Assembly: GCA_030248215.1 (NCBI GenBank)
Contig: JASANG010000627.1
Span: 496,001-560,000, forward strand
Reading direction: 5' to 3'
Length of the DNA: 64,000 nucleotides
Source of the DNA: Enoplolaimus lenunculus
Lineage: Eukaryota
The position numbers and the translations under genes were made by a program. Below, piece by piece: positions 38,898-51,167 of the stretch; positions within the stretch are counted from its first letter, which is position 1, and each line of letters opens with the position of its first letter. The notes beneath the pieces are model-generated. The model was not told where the DNA came from and ran no database searches. It saw only the letters and a list, made by a program, of their open reading frames with translations.

Positions 38898-41800
38898 TAA
38901 TACTCATACCTAAACCTAGCTAAATATTAAGTACGTATATATACATACGTGTAACAGAAAATGGCGCGCAGCTAGATACCTAAAAACACTAAACTTGGAT
39001 ACTTCAATATCCGTTTTCGGCACCTGCTCTGCGCAGCCGAGTATTTAATGCATATATATTTGGGCAAAACCTAAAACATAAGCACGCTAATTCAACATTA
39101 CTCGCTATATTTTATTTTCTAACAAGCAATTTCGCATTATCAGTTTCTTGCTAGGTGCAAACAGAATTCCGATTAGAAGTTGAATTGGAATCTAAACTAG
39201 AGTTTTAAAAGTTTGCACTTGACTATTTTTGCAGTTATATCGGACTATTGTTTGCCATTTTGACAAGGGCAAGCATTGTAACTGTAATTGACAGGCTAAA
39301 TAATCAAAAATAACCCCTAATGTTCTCATTATTTTAGCTTTATACGGGGAATCTTCAAAAATTGTATGGTTGCGATTAGGGAACGACCGGATCCAAAATT
39401 TTGCATTTACCGGATCCGAATCCGGATCCGGATTTTAAAATTCAGATCCGGCCCGGATCCGGATCTTACTAGCTGGATAATTTTTCAATACCTAACGTAT
39501 ATAAAATAGAAAAAGTTCAACTGATTCTTTCGCAAAATTAGTTAACAAAACTTACTACAGCAACTAAAAAAGAAGTCTGTAAAATTTTTTACGTATGTTT
39601 GTTCTTCTTCCACAACAACACTGGTGTCCACGTGGATGACATTAACGTGGCGCAATACCCCATACCCCACGAAACTAAACATTTTGAATACTAGGTTAGC
39701 TATACTTTTTTCCGGATTTTTCATAACGGAAATTCAAACCCTTGCGTAAAAATTGAAAAATAACTGAATATTGTCAAATTATATATAAGGAATCTCCAGG
39801 TCGATCTGTGCACGAATAAATCAAAATTTCTGCAAAAAACACGTTGACGGATTTTTTCATCTCAGCCGAAGGAATGCCGTTATATTTTTCGGCTTGTCGG
39901 ATGAGGAACAAGCGTACACTCTATATCACGCTGGTGCTCATCTTTCAGCAAATTCAGTCCCCATTTCCATATTTTTGTGTTTGTCATATTTTTCTGTGTT
40001 TTCAGGTTTTCCAACCCCATTGCTAACTATTTTCCAGTGCTGTTTCGATTCCGCACCTCACTTTCTGCCAAAACCCAAGTTTGTGACCAATTTTGAAGTA
40101 TCTATTATCATTTTGCTTTGGGTTATTCAGTCAGCTTATCGGCCATATTCGATATCTTAGCCAGTAGTTACTGTGAATTTGTCAGCCAGCACCTCGCTAT
40201 TTTGTGATAGCATACTTGATATTTTTCGGGAAACTATAATAAATGTTGTAGTTGATTAGCCGTATTTCACTCGGTAAATATACAATTTTGCGGCTTGGGT
40301 GAAACACTTGGTGTAATTGTGCGAAATTTTTGCTATTATGCGAGTTGTGCTGGGAAGTGCATTTAGCTTCCAGTAACTCGAGCTATGCCACAAGAATTTT
40401 ACTCTAATTTTATGTCCGAGCAGCAATCACTCTATATATAAACTGTTCGATGGAATGGCCCTCGCGCAATAGCATTCTCTGAAGTGGTTAAAACCGCTGA
40501 TTGTGAGTTCGATACTAACCGTGCATTTCGTGCATTATGTATTTATTACTTGTATTACAGATCATTAAAACCAGATGAACAGTGTGTTTAGTAAGTAACC
40601 CTTTTGGATAGGTCAAATATCCCCGTTTTGGACCAGCAGACCTGGCGCCGCATTGAACACAACCTAGAAGATTGAGTTAAACTTTACCTTTAGAAACCTA
40701 GAGAGAATCCGTGATGCTGCCATTATACGTTTATTTAAAAGTATAGGTATGCTAACTGAAATTAAAAATAAAATATGTTAATACAATGCATAACGAAATG
40801 CACCTGAGCCACGCAGTGGTTTATAACTGTCTAAAAATACGCAAAAAGCGTAAATTCGCGTTGAATCTGCAACATTATAAAATTTTCACATCTGTTAACT
40901 TAAACTGACCTAGCTACAACATTTACAATGTTGAAATTAACTACATACTTGGAATGCTTATGTCCATTAATGGACAACTGGGAGTGGGACAATGCTCAGC
41001 TTGCTCAAATGGTTGCGCGCCTAGCATATTGCACTGGTTTGTTACGGGCTTGTATTTCATCTTAACTCGATGCTGATATTCTCAAATGGTTGTAGCAACT
41101 ATCACGATTTCTTAAATTGTAACCAGAGATGAAAAATACCGAAGTCACAACGAGATCCATAGGACAATTAAATTTAACGGAGCCGGATGTGAGGCAGACA
41201 AGAACATATGCAGGTAAAAATAATTTTATAAAATTACGCAAAAAATTTCACTAGCGATAATGCCGAAACCTGTAGAAATTCTAGCGGAGCCGGCGCAGGA
41301 ACTGGAGGTCCAATTTTTGCCGGAGCCGGAGGCAAACCTCCGGTTGTACTACTTGCCAGTTATTTATGTTTAGTAAACTTTACAACTGGTATCTTAAAAC
41401 CTGGCAATTTAGCACAACCTCTGCATTTGACGCATTCTACCAAACTTCCAAAAGATACAGAACCTATAATATAAGTAGATGTCGTAATTCGCTTGTTTAA
41501 AAAAAGAATCGTTATTAACTGTTCTCAAATATAAACTGCATTTAGCGTGTGCGTTGCACCTTTGCTTGGTAGGATATATACTTCGTATTTTTAAACTATA
41601 TCACAAAAGTAGCCCAGTGAAAAATTTGCGCGGAATATGCACCAGCAGTACCTACAAAATATATGGCTTACAGTAGTTCCGTTTGGACAATAAACAGCTT
41701 CATTCGTAGAATGCATAAAAAAATTTTAAGGTTTTGGATGGATTTCGCTATTTTTATTTCATTTCAAACAATTGTGGCATTTCTGCAAAGAAAAATTGCG

Positions 41801-42152
41801 AGTTATACACTTAATTTATAGAAACTAATTTCAACGTAAAAACAACAGAATTTCCGCTTAAGTACTTTAAGCACGTCCTCATACTTGAGCATTTGCTAAG
41901 TAGCTACTTAACCAATTTATCGTTTCTTGAAACGTACGAACAGTTCTTCGATATTATTTTTGATCTAATTGAGATTATAAACATATGTTACATGACATCC
42001 TTGCTTTAAAGCAATTCTTTGGCTTCGTTATGACGCACGCTTATTGGCATTTCGGTGTTTTTGTCTGAACACTTTCTTAATTACTTAAATAAGTGACTTA
42101 AAAGTAAGTAAATGCTTAAAAAATTTAAGTATTTACTTAAGTAAGATTTCAG

Positions 42153-43355
42153 AAACTTAATCATTGTTAGCGTTTTGTATTCTTCAAAATTATCGCGGCA
42201 GTTTGTGCGAGTCAAATGCCTTCTCATGCGTCCATTGCGGTTTCTTATCAATCTGCTGCGCCATACACAATTATATATATCAGCAGCAGAGCTTTGTTCT
42301 CGTGTCCATCAAAATACTCGTTTGGAAAACGCGCAACGCTTACCATCACAAATAGCACACAAACGAAACCATTTTCTTCTGGGGCAGAAAAGCCATGTAA
42401 GCCAAAACCGAAACAATATTGCGACAAGTGTCATACATGAGGATGAAAGAATACCATACCGTAGACCGGTGTACTACTATACTCAAGCAACTACATCAAG
42501 TAGTAGGGAAGGCATTAGTCGAGGGCATAGCGGTTCGCGATTAATTTCCAGCCAGTGTAAGCTGCCGAAATTATCACAGCAAATCAGGTATGATATTGAT
42601 AATCAAAATCGACCTGGCGAAGCAATTGAACCTCAACGAAAGTATTATAACAGAGCAAAATTAGAGGAAGAATGTTCGAAGCAGCCGGCGTTAAACGCTC
42701 ACCGAAATTATGCTCCTCCAATTCGCCGAACTTGTGTCCGCAACCTAGTTTTTGTACTTGGAGCCAAACATAATAAACTTGGTCACCATAAGCATATGGT
42801 GTCAATGCGTGGCCGAACATTGAAAGTTACACGAGCGAACAATACACAAACGGTTCAACGTAACATCTAATTATCAAATGACCGCGAACGATGTAAACAT
42901 CTCAAAATGAGCTGCTTTTTCGAGCAATACTACGATTGCCAATACTCGGTGAATCGGTCCACTTCAATTCATCTCTTCCTCCTTTAGCTCCGCCAATTTT
43001 TCAACTTTATCAACAGTTGGAATCCGCTGACTGGCCACAACTGGTTTCACGCGGCTCTAAAACACAAATCATTCCTGCATCAGCGGCGTTTTGCATCCAG
43101 CAGTATACGATTTATCCTTCTTATTCAACGCACGCGAGATTGAATCCAATTATGAGGACACGATCACCACGTATGCCATATCAGTATGATCGTCGCCTCG
43201 GCTTGAATGACAATAGTTTTTATCTGGCGAACATTTACACTATGTATCCACCTTTTACACTGCCACGTTTATACGAAGAGGAAAATCGAATTACAGGAAA
43301 TCGGCAAAAAAATCGAAGCGCAGAATGCATCCGCTCAAGAAGACAACAGGCTTAA
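42153..43355 (+). mobile_element. Probable decayed non-LTR retrotransposon (L2/CR1-like) reverse transcriptase fragment
   Basis: ORFs 42175-42870 and 42936-43355 show RT-like motifs in the expected order: ISAAELCSRVHQ (~LSAAFDTVDH), HFLLGQKSHV (~FLxxRxQxV), GISRG (~GVPQG), YDID (~YADD), ALNAHR (~LNxxKT), VRNLVFVLG (~VRNLGVxLD), FNSSLPPL...QQLES (~YCNSLLxGL...LQxxQN), KTQIIP (~KxxHITP). This is a by-eye match only. Confidence 0.45.
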
Positions 43356-44239
43356 ACATCAATGTCACCCCCAACAAGAAAAAGCTTAGAGGATAGAATC
43401 AACGATCGCCAGTTTCATTACGGAGTTGTATGGAGAATATTAATTAAATTATCACAACTGGTAGGTTGTTGCATGTATTCACACACAAACTGGCCCCGCA
43501 CTGGCCGGCGTCGTTTCGGCTGCTGCACCATGTGGTACTTACTTAAATCGTTTTAGTTCCAAGAACAAAACCAGATTCAAATACACTTACGCGAAGTCGT
43601 ACAAACATCAGCCCATGTTACTTATACTGGTGTCGTGCTTTCTGCAGCGGACCCATAAATTTCTAAATGGGCGGGATGGTAAATATTTCGAAACGCAATT
43701 TTTCTCCAGAAAATTTTCTTAGCGGTAAAATTTAAGGTAGGACCCTATTTTATAACGAAAGTATTATGATGAGAGGACAAATTACAAGCGAATGAATGAC
43801 CATATCATTTTATCACAAAAAATTTATGTGGGGAGTGGGGAAAAATTGCAATGTAGGGATCCTTAGACATTTTTCTCATCCGAACCGGATCATCTGTAGT
43901 CTATATCATACTGTTCTCAGTAAACTTGCTATCATCATTCTCGGATACACGAAGTGTTAACTCAGAAAATCCCCAGAGGTAAATTAGCGTTGCATTAAAT
44001 TACGGATAAAGCTAAAACCTAGCCGTATGTTCGAGTCATGTTACCTATAAATATCACGCTAATCCGAAGTTTTTTTGAATATTGGTATGTTTTAGTTAAG
44101 GAATAAAGATTTTGAATCATCATGGACAATTATGCAAGAATCTGGTTTAATAATCTCACTGAGGTTTGGATACAGAATTTTTTCATCAGCTCCAGATACT
44201 TTCGTGGTGAAACCATGCAAATTATTCCAAAAATTTTTT

Positions 44240-44329
44240 AGGCAAAAGCATTTCGGATATCCGGATACACGTTTCATTTCGGATACATATCCGGATATTT
44301 TTCACATCCGAATATTAGGTGTCCATCTA
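44240..44329. repeat. TAGATGG-ended element fragment with CGGATA subterminal repeats
   Basis: Reverse complement of 59674-59760 (TAGATGGGAACCGGATATCCGGATATG...CCGAAATGCT). Similar fragment at ~22905-22980. A related TAGGGAACGACCGGATCC end occurs at ~39377-39470. Confidence 0.6.
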
Positions 44330-44386
44330 TAATAAAGTGACTTCGAAGAACCCACTGGTAGCATTTCTAAAGCAGCACCTATGCCT

Positions 44387-44710
44387 CAGGCTGTAACCGG
44401 AGGGAAAAATACCGAAGCTGGAGATCAAGAAAAATTACAAGAGGCAGATATGAAGCAAAATAAGTTAGCTAAATGTGCTGAAATTGCCAAGTTTTGCAAA
44501 TACCTGCAAAGTGTAATCAAAAAATTTTGGTTTAGATTTATTTTAAGCAATCTCGGCAATTCTCCTGAAATGACACCAAAAGTAAAATTTTTGGAAAACT
44601 ATGAAAAATTTGACTATCGACATTAATACTGCAACCTCCGGCAAAACTTTTACCGGAGCCAAAGGTCGATGATCAGCCAGAGCTGGAGGTAGAACTCCGG
44701 TTGTTCTTTG
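44387..44710. mobile_element. hAT-like MITE family 2 (degenerate)
   Basis: CAGGCTGTAACCGGAG / CTCCGGTTGTTCTTTG. Flanks CTATGCCT/CTATGCAA. Further decayed copies at ~41120-41355 and ~47960-48270. Confidence 0.7.
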
Positions 44711-45250
44711 CTATGCAACAAATATTTAAAAACCATTCGGTTTTACTTGAATAAGTTATTTACACTATTGTATAATGTGGCACTATTGCTACAAAAACCC
44801 ATGTTACTTTTAGGGTCATCGCAGTTTCTTGTGTGTCTGTAAACGATGAATATGCTTAATCTACTGTCACGGTTCTAAAAGTAACATCGGCGGCTACCGA
44901 GATGATAACGAAGAGGTCGATTCTATGAACACACATTCAGTCACCAATATTTCTTCACAAACACACGGGTTCAATTATAAAAAATTTTTATTTGGCTCTT
45001 TGCTAATCTTGAAAAAGCATAATTTAAAATGACTCGTCTTGAAGACTATCTGCTGCTGCACTATATACACTGTTCTCCATACATTATACCGTATTGAAAA
45101 TTTTGCCTAAAAGAAAAGATAAATGTTATACGAAAATAAAAAAGAGGTCAGAATTTTCGCGTTACCAATAACAACGTCGAGAACTGAACTCCTCTTCTGA
45201 CCCGGTTATAAGAATAGAACTACTAACACGTTACAATTTAACAATTAACA

Positions 45251-45860
45251 TCAAGACGGACCACTCTTGTTCAGCGTCGATATAGTGGCTAATATCTGAT
45301 CGCTACTTTGACCATCTAGTGCTACCATTTTCTCTTTGCCAAACTCATACCTAAAAGCAACTGAACATATAAAGTCCCAGCACCAATAATTTATGCAAGT
45401 TTTAATCTAAGGTAGTTTTTGGTTCTTGTATCTGGTAAATAACGTCTAGTGGGTATAAAATAAGAAAGCGTCTCTGCGGAAATGACAGGAGACCATGCCC
45501 AAAGTTCAAGAAGCAACAATGACAAGACCTTAACCGATGCTTAATCTCGATTGACTATAATTCTTCAAGCTACATACACGTTGGTTTGATGGATCCATGA
45601 TTTATTTCTTTTCCAGCTAAAATCACACATCGTTATCTCAAACTCTTTACTAGTAAAACTAACCTGGCCCACATAACGGGCACAACATTGCTGCATTCTC
45701 GAATAAGAATTGGGAACGAAGGGTTGTTCTTCTTCAGTGGAGGATAATGCTTGTTCACAAAATCGCGCGCCATTTGACTCGCGGGTGATGTTTGGCAAAA
45801 GTGCATCCGAATCTCTTTAAGTTGGGGTCCAAGCTTGATAGCGGAAGAAGTAACACTCAT
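45251..45860 (-). CDS. NDUFA2: NADH:ubiquinone oxidoreductase subunit A2 (B8), 98 aa, 2 exons
   Basis: Exons 45664-45860 and 45251-45350 (phase-2 intron). Translation [79 protein letters not shown]... matches the NDUFA2 pattern LKEIRxHxCQxSxxSxxxRxF...NPxxPILIREC...ARYxFGxE. Confidence 0.95.
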
Positions 45861-46167
45861 GGTAATGCAATATTAAAACAACTTTATAAACGCATTACTT
45901 AATTAAATAAAATGTTCACAGCTGCGGAGAGCTAAAATAAAAATAGAACTAATATGTCACTAACGAAAACGTTGAACCTACATAACTGAGTGATATGCGC
46001 AGCAACACCATTCAGGTTGCACCTATGTAACAAAAAATTGATAACGGATGATTAGAACTTTTGTGTCAAAAGTGAAATGCCTTCCACACAGAACTACTTG
46101 GATGTATCAATTTTAAATGGGAGACCACGAAAAGAATATAGGTAGGAAGGCATGTGTATATATCTAG

Positions 46168-46513
46168 CAGAGTACTACCGGAAATACAATTTCCAGAATC
46201 GGAATTTGAAAAAATTACAGGAAAAGAAACCGGAAAATGGAAAATACATGCCAGCGAAAAATTCATTTTAATTTTCTTTTTTGCAATATTATTGGTGAAA
46301 TGACCCTAGTTGGATATAGGTATTCACTTTATCTGCTGTATTTGAAATTTTCATAATCCACGGAAGTTAAATCTATTTTCGATGGTTTATTTTCGACGAT
46401 TGTTAAGGTTTACATACTATACCAATGTAATACCGAAATTTTTAATTCCGGTAATAATTTATTGGAACCGGAAGGTGTACAAATGTCGGAACCGGAATTG
46501 CGGTTGCATCCTG
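46168..46513. mobile_element. hAT-like MITE family 1
   Basis: Perfect TSD ATATCTAG (46160-46167, 46514-46521). Ends CAGAGTACTACCGGA / GCGGTTGCATCCTG. Confidence 0.85.
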
Positions 46514-46704
46514 ATATCTAGACAAACATCATACTATTAGTGTATGTAGCAATACCAGGAGAAATACGAAGACGAAACCTTAATATCGCCTGCGTAATTG
46601 TAAAATGAAAAAAGTTTTGTAGGTATATAAACGATACGAATGTCATTTGCTATATTTGATGATGGTGCCTTTGGAAATAACAGTCTGCACGACTGCTTGT
46701 TTAA

Positions 46705-46800
46705 CTTTTGCCCTAAGTTAAGAAACACGCCTGCTATCGAACATACGATGTCTTGCACTCGAGTCAAGCATGTTATCACTATACCATGTGGTAGATTGCA
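46705..46800 (-). mobile_element. tRNA-derived SINE-like remnant (second head copy)
   Basis: Minus strand GGTATAGTGATAACATGCTTGACTCGAGTGCAAGAC...GTTCGATAGC aligns with 47495-47590. Confidence 0.4.
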
Positions 46801-47357
46801 ACAATTTCATATTTCGGAATAATATGTGCACTGTAAGCAAATGACATATGCTTTACCATTAAGTGCAAATGCTGTGATGCATTGCATTGTTGCAAACAGC
46901 ATAGGTACGCGTTCCTCTTCCTGTTCGTGTTCCGGTTCTTGCAGAGAAATTCCATTCCTGTTCAGGCATAATTTGTTCCTGTTGGAACCCTGCTGCCTAG
47001 ACTGACATGGGGCCTACTTAGTCGCCGTAATAAGAAATTCCTGCGCTTTGAACACGGTATCCAGTCGAAAATAGGATGGATCGCTAATGCACGACCTTGT
47101 TGACCATTATGGCATGTAAGCATGTGAAGCAAGATTGATAATAGTAGAAGTTATAAGGGCTGGCTAATGAAGCAGTGGCAGAAATCTCACCGCCCCTGAG
47201 CTCGGAATCCTACGGCCGCTAATTCTAGACACCCCAGTATGTCTGCCTTTCCAGCTGCTTAGTTAAAAAGTTTAAAGTCTGTTTTCTTATGTAAACTGAC
47301 ATGTACACGCATGGTAATATATCCTTTACATACACTTACCGTGCATATACAGCTACA

Positions 47358-47590
47358 TTTCTTTTTTTACAGCCGGTCGTCCAGACCGCGAATTCAACTA
47401 ACCGAGTGCATGGGTTAGCTGTTTACAATGTCCATCTCGATGGGACCTCCATGTTGCAACTAGCTAATGGTCTTGACGTCCACTTTTCGAAGTTTTGTTC
47501 TAAGTTAAGCACTACGCCGCAAATCGAATATCGGCCGTCTTGTACTCGAGTCAAACATGCAACCACTACACCTCGCAGTCGATTGCAAGA
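47358..47590 (-). mobile_element. tRNA-derived SINE-like remnant
   Basis: The minus strand reads GGTGTAGTGGTT (A-box-like) ...TTGACTCGAGTACAAG... ATTCGATTT (B-box-like) and ends in an A-rich tail (TGTAAAAAAAGAAA). A homologous head occurs at 46705-46800. Confidence 0.45.
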
Positions 47591-48284
47591 ACTTCTAATA
47601 AATTATTTCTAATGCGTTTTTCGTAGTTTTTGTTTTACAGTTAATGTTTTTTCATCTTATCTGCTCATAATTATTGCGTAACTATCAACATTTATAGATT
47701 CACAGCGAAACTTTATTCATCGCGCAGCACTTAGTTCAACCACACAGCGATACATTTCGAACCGTGCTGGTTTCCATGCGCTTCGGGAATTTAGCTTTCA
47801 AAGACTTTCTTACGGACAGCCTAGCTATATCATTACCCATAAAAATAAATTATAACAGCTCTTTTCCAAAAACTGAAGCGCTTGTTTAAGATCTTGCTCC
47901 ACTTCATTATACCTCAAATTATTGAGATAGATTTAATAGCGGTTTTAAAAAGTGAGACATGGTGCAACCAGAGTTAAAAATACCGCAGCGCGGCGGAAGC
48001 TAATAAAATTTGCTGTGGCTGCAGGAGAGGAAAAATTATTGGTAGTTAATAACTGTTTCATTTGCTAATTTTAGCAACTGTACGGTGTTTTTAATATTTC
48101 GGTTTAGCGTTTATTTTCTACCAAATCACTGCATTTTTTCCTCAAAAGTTGAAACGAAACGTACCAAACAAATATAATCCGGAAAACTGTGCAAATTTCG
48201 ATGCCGAAATTGCAGGAATCTCCCGGCAGAAATTCATCCAAAGCTGGAGGTTGTTTGTCTACCGGAACCAGAGGTACACCTGCA

Positions 48285-48593
48285 CAATGGCGGATCCACG
48301 GGGGGCACACCTGCCGTGGCCCCCCCAACAGCATCTCGACAAAAATTATATAGTGTCAATTGCTGTTCTAAACTGTTTATTTCTCTGTTTTATACACAAT
48401 AGTATAAAGCACGCTTTAAAAGTTTCTTGGCCCTGGAGTCATTTATGCGCTACAATTAGGGATAATAGACACTTACGGATTCTTTAGGGATACGGACTCT
48501 TATTAATTGGGACTCAAAATGAAGACCCCCTCTTATTTGGGCCTTATTACCTGTGAAATCCCCCCCCATTTTGAGATCCTGGATCCACCACTG
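48285..48593. mobile_element. GC-rich MITE (CAGTGGCGGATCCA-type termini)
   Basis: CAATGGCGGATCCA / TGGATCCACCACTG. Perfect TSD CACCTGCA. Relatives at ~20605-20799, 30280-30457 and 38009-38192. Confidence 0.85.
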
Positions 48594-48620
48594 CACCTGC
48601 AGCTTTACAATAGTGGGAGG

Positions 48621-48969
48621 CAGGGTATAAACCGGCGTTAAAAATACCGGAGCAGGAGCTAGTCAACATAAAACTTCCCGGAGCCGGAGCCGGAGGCTAG
48701 GCGGAAAAAGGTAATAAAAATGGTAGCTGATTAGTGTAATCTTAGCCAAGTTAAGTTGTTTGGTTTTACGCTAATTTTTTCGAAATTTCGAAATTCAGTC
48801 CTGAAAATTGTGATATAAGTATAAAACGAAACCCGCTAGAAGCAGATAAATTTTGCAAAGTTATGCAAAATTGTACTACCGAAATTGCCGGAACCTCCGG
48901 CAAAAATTCTGCCGGAGTCGGAGGCCAGTTTCCTGCCGGAGCCGGAGGCAGACCTCCGGTTGTACCCTG
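48621..48969. mobile_element. hAT-like MITE family 2
   Basis: CAGGGTATAAACCGG / TCCGGTTGTACCCTG. Flanks GTGGGAGG/GTAGGAGC. CCGGAG subterminal repeats. Confidence 0.82.
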
Positions 48970-49082
48970 GTAGGAGCAATTTGCCAGTACCGCTCAGCTG
49001 AAGGTAACTTGACGTTCGAGCAGAAGGGGGTTATAATTGTCTTATGGTTTTGTTCTGTACGCATTCTACATTTACACGCGTA

Positions 49083-49470
49083 CAGGGTGCAAAGTCAAAA
49101 AATATTGGAACCGGAAATGGGAAATAAAAAATACTTGTTCCGAACAACTCATTTATGCACTATTTTATAGATTTTATGCTGTAACACACCATTTAGAATG
49201 CCAAAATCCTGAAACAAATGCAGTAGGTGGAAACATATTATAAATTACCGAGTATGGCACAAAATGAAAATTTTGGCAATACATGCTCAGACAGTTTTAG
49301 AAAAATAGGTTAGAAATCTGCCAATTTTTTTTAAATTTCCGAATGAGAAAAAGTTTCAATACCGAAAATACCGGAAAATTCCGGTGAAAAAATACCGGAT
49401 TTCTTACCGGAACCGCATACTGAAAAATACCGGATTTTCCTACTGGAACCGGATTTCCGGTTGCATCCTG
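49083..49470. mobile_element. hAT-like MITE family 3
   Basis: CAGGGTGCAAA / TCCGGTTGCATCCTG. Flanks CACGCGTA/CACCCGTT. A right-end fragment also occurs at ~50200-50337. Confidence 0.8.
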
Positions 49471-49532
49471 CACCCGTTGTAATATTGTAAAACACATCAC
49501 TGTGTATACTATGCTTGAACAGTTTGCAAATA

Positions 49533-49741
49533 CACTGCAAAAAACGGTGAGTCAAATTGATTCTCTCCGAAATAGGCTCTACGGGACTACACAAAATGAG
49601 CCAAATTCGACTCCCACAGAGTCAAATTAGAGTCACTTCGTCGTGCGTTTCACTCTGGCGGAGTCGAATTTGACTCAGTTTGTGTAATCCCGCGGAGCCT
49701 ATATCGGAGAGAGTCAATTTGACTCACCATTTTTTGCAGTG
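49533..49741. mobile_element. Palindromic MITE with CACTGCAAAAAA termini and TA flanks (CMC/EnSpm-like)
   Basis: ~85-bp near-perfect inverted arms. TA|CACTG...CAGTG|TA. Confidence 0.88.
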
Positions 49742-50634
49742 TAGCTGCCTATACACAAGAAAGGAAATTGTTATAAATGGGTGCGCAAGAATACGGACAA
49801 TAAAAATAATGGAAATAGATAGCGTTAAGGCTTTTATGTAAGCTTTTGCCAAAGCTAAGGTTTCGCCGATTTTCTGCGTCTTTATTAAAATTACGTTCCC
49901 CGCGGATGCAAGTTTTGATATTTTCGAGACGCTTTGTGTTTTACGCACCATAAGTTTGACGTGTATACGCTTAAAAATGTATAGCAATAGAATCGCTATG
50001 CACAAAGCATGAGCAAAATGCTGCACAAATTCGAATTAAGCTTTTTTCGCATGAATATTTTAAATTTCATAAATTTCAAAATAAAGATTTGATCGACTCA
50101 TGAGGTGGGAGGCGTTTACGATGACCACTGAGCTATAGGAGCGTGACGATCGATCCCAACGAGGCTCTCACGTCTTGTGGAAATTTTCACTGTCAATTTT
50201 TCTTAAAATTTCGAAAGAAAAATTTCAATATCGAAAATACCGCAAAATTCCAGTTAAAATACCTGATTTTTCTCCGGAACAGGATAGTGAAAAATACCTG
50301 ATTTCTTTACTGGAACCGCAATTCCGGTTGCACCTTAGAGTGTGACGGTTATAGATACTATTCTGCTAATTTTTCAACTATATAAATGCAGTCTTAAAAA
50401 TTTGAACCATCAAGAATAAGCCAAAGTGACTCAATTTTTATTAAAAAGTTGCATCGCCAAAACACGAATATATTTACTAATCAGGGTATAAATAGATAAA
50501 GTCAAAGATGCGTTTAGCTTTCTTTCAATTTCATAATTTTATTTCATATCAAATTACGGCTATCTGTAATGAAAAATTGCTATATGCGATTTATTACTAA
50601 TATTGAACATAATATAGAATTTACCGGTATTTAT

Positions 50635-51040
50635 CAGGGTGCAACCGGAGGTGAAAAATACCGGGGCCGGAGGTCAACGAAACTTGTCAGAGCCGGAGCC
50701 AGCGGTGAGGCGAAATTAGGCAGTAAAAATGATGGTTAATTAGTTAAGTTTAGCCAATACCTGCAATATGTTTTTATGTTGTTTGGTTTTATACGCTAAT
50801 TTTCTGCGAAATTTTACAATTTTAATGAAAGTTGTGACAATAGTAAAACGAAACGAGCTAAACAGACAAATTTTGCAAAATTATGCAAAATTTTACTACC
50901 GCAATTGCCGGAACCTCCGGTAAAAATTCTACCGGAATTGCCGGAACCTTCGGTAAAAATTCTACCGGAGCCGAAGCCGGAGCCGGAGGCCGATTTTCTG
51001 CCGGAGCCAAATCTGGAGGCAGACCTCCGGTTGTACCCTG
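50635..51040. mobile_element. hAT-like MITE family 2, ~130 bp downstream of the PDE12 stop
   Basis: TIRs CAGGGTGCAACCGGAG / CTCCGGTTGTACCCTG. Perfect TSD GTATTTAT. Internal tandem duplication at ~50904-50969. Confidence 0.9.
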
Positions 51041-51167
51041 GTATTTATATAATGGAAACGGGCATAGATTTTTACCGGAAACGGATTTCCGGTTACATCT
51101 TGTTAATAATAAAGATAAAAACAAAAATTTTACTGCAGGCCACAAAAACAGTGATGGACAATCTGTA

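Noticed and set aside
39377..40400. Possible autonomous hAT transposase behind the TAGGGAACGACCGGATCC end
   Set aside because: No BED, DDE or hAT dimerisation motifs could be read in the frames examined, and no matching right end was found.
46705..47590. Functional tRNA genes
   Set aside because: The acceptor and T stems do not pair cleanly and the copies are diverged, so they were treated as SINE-like remnants.
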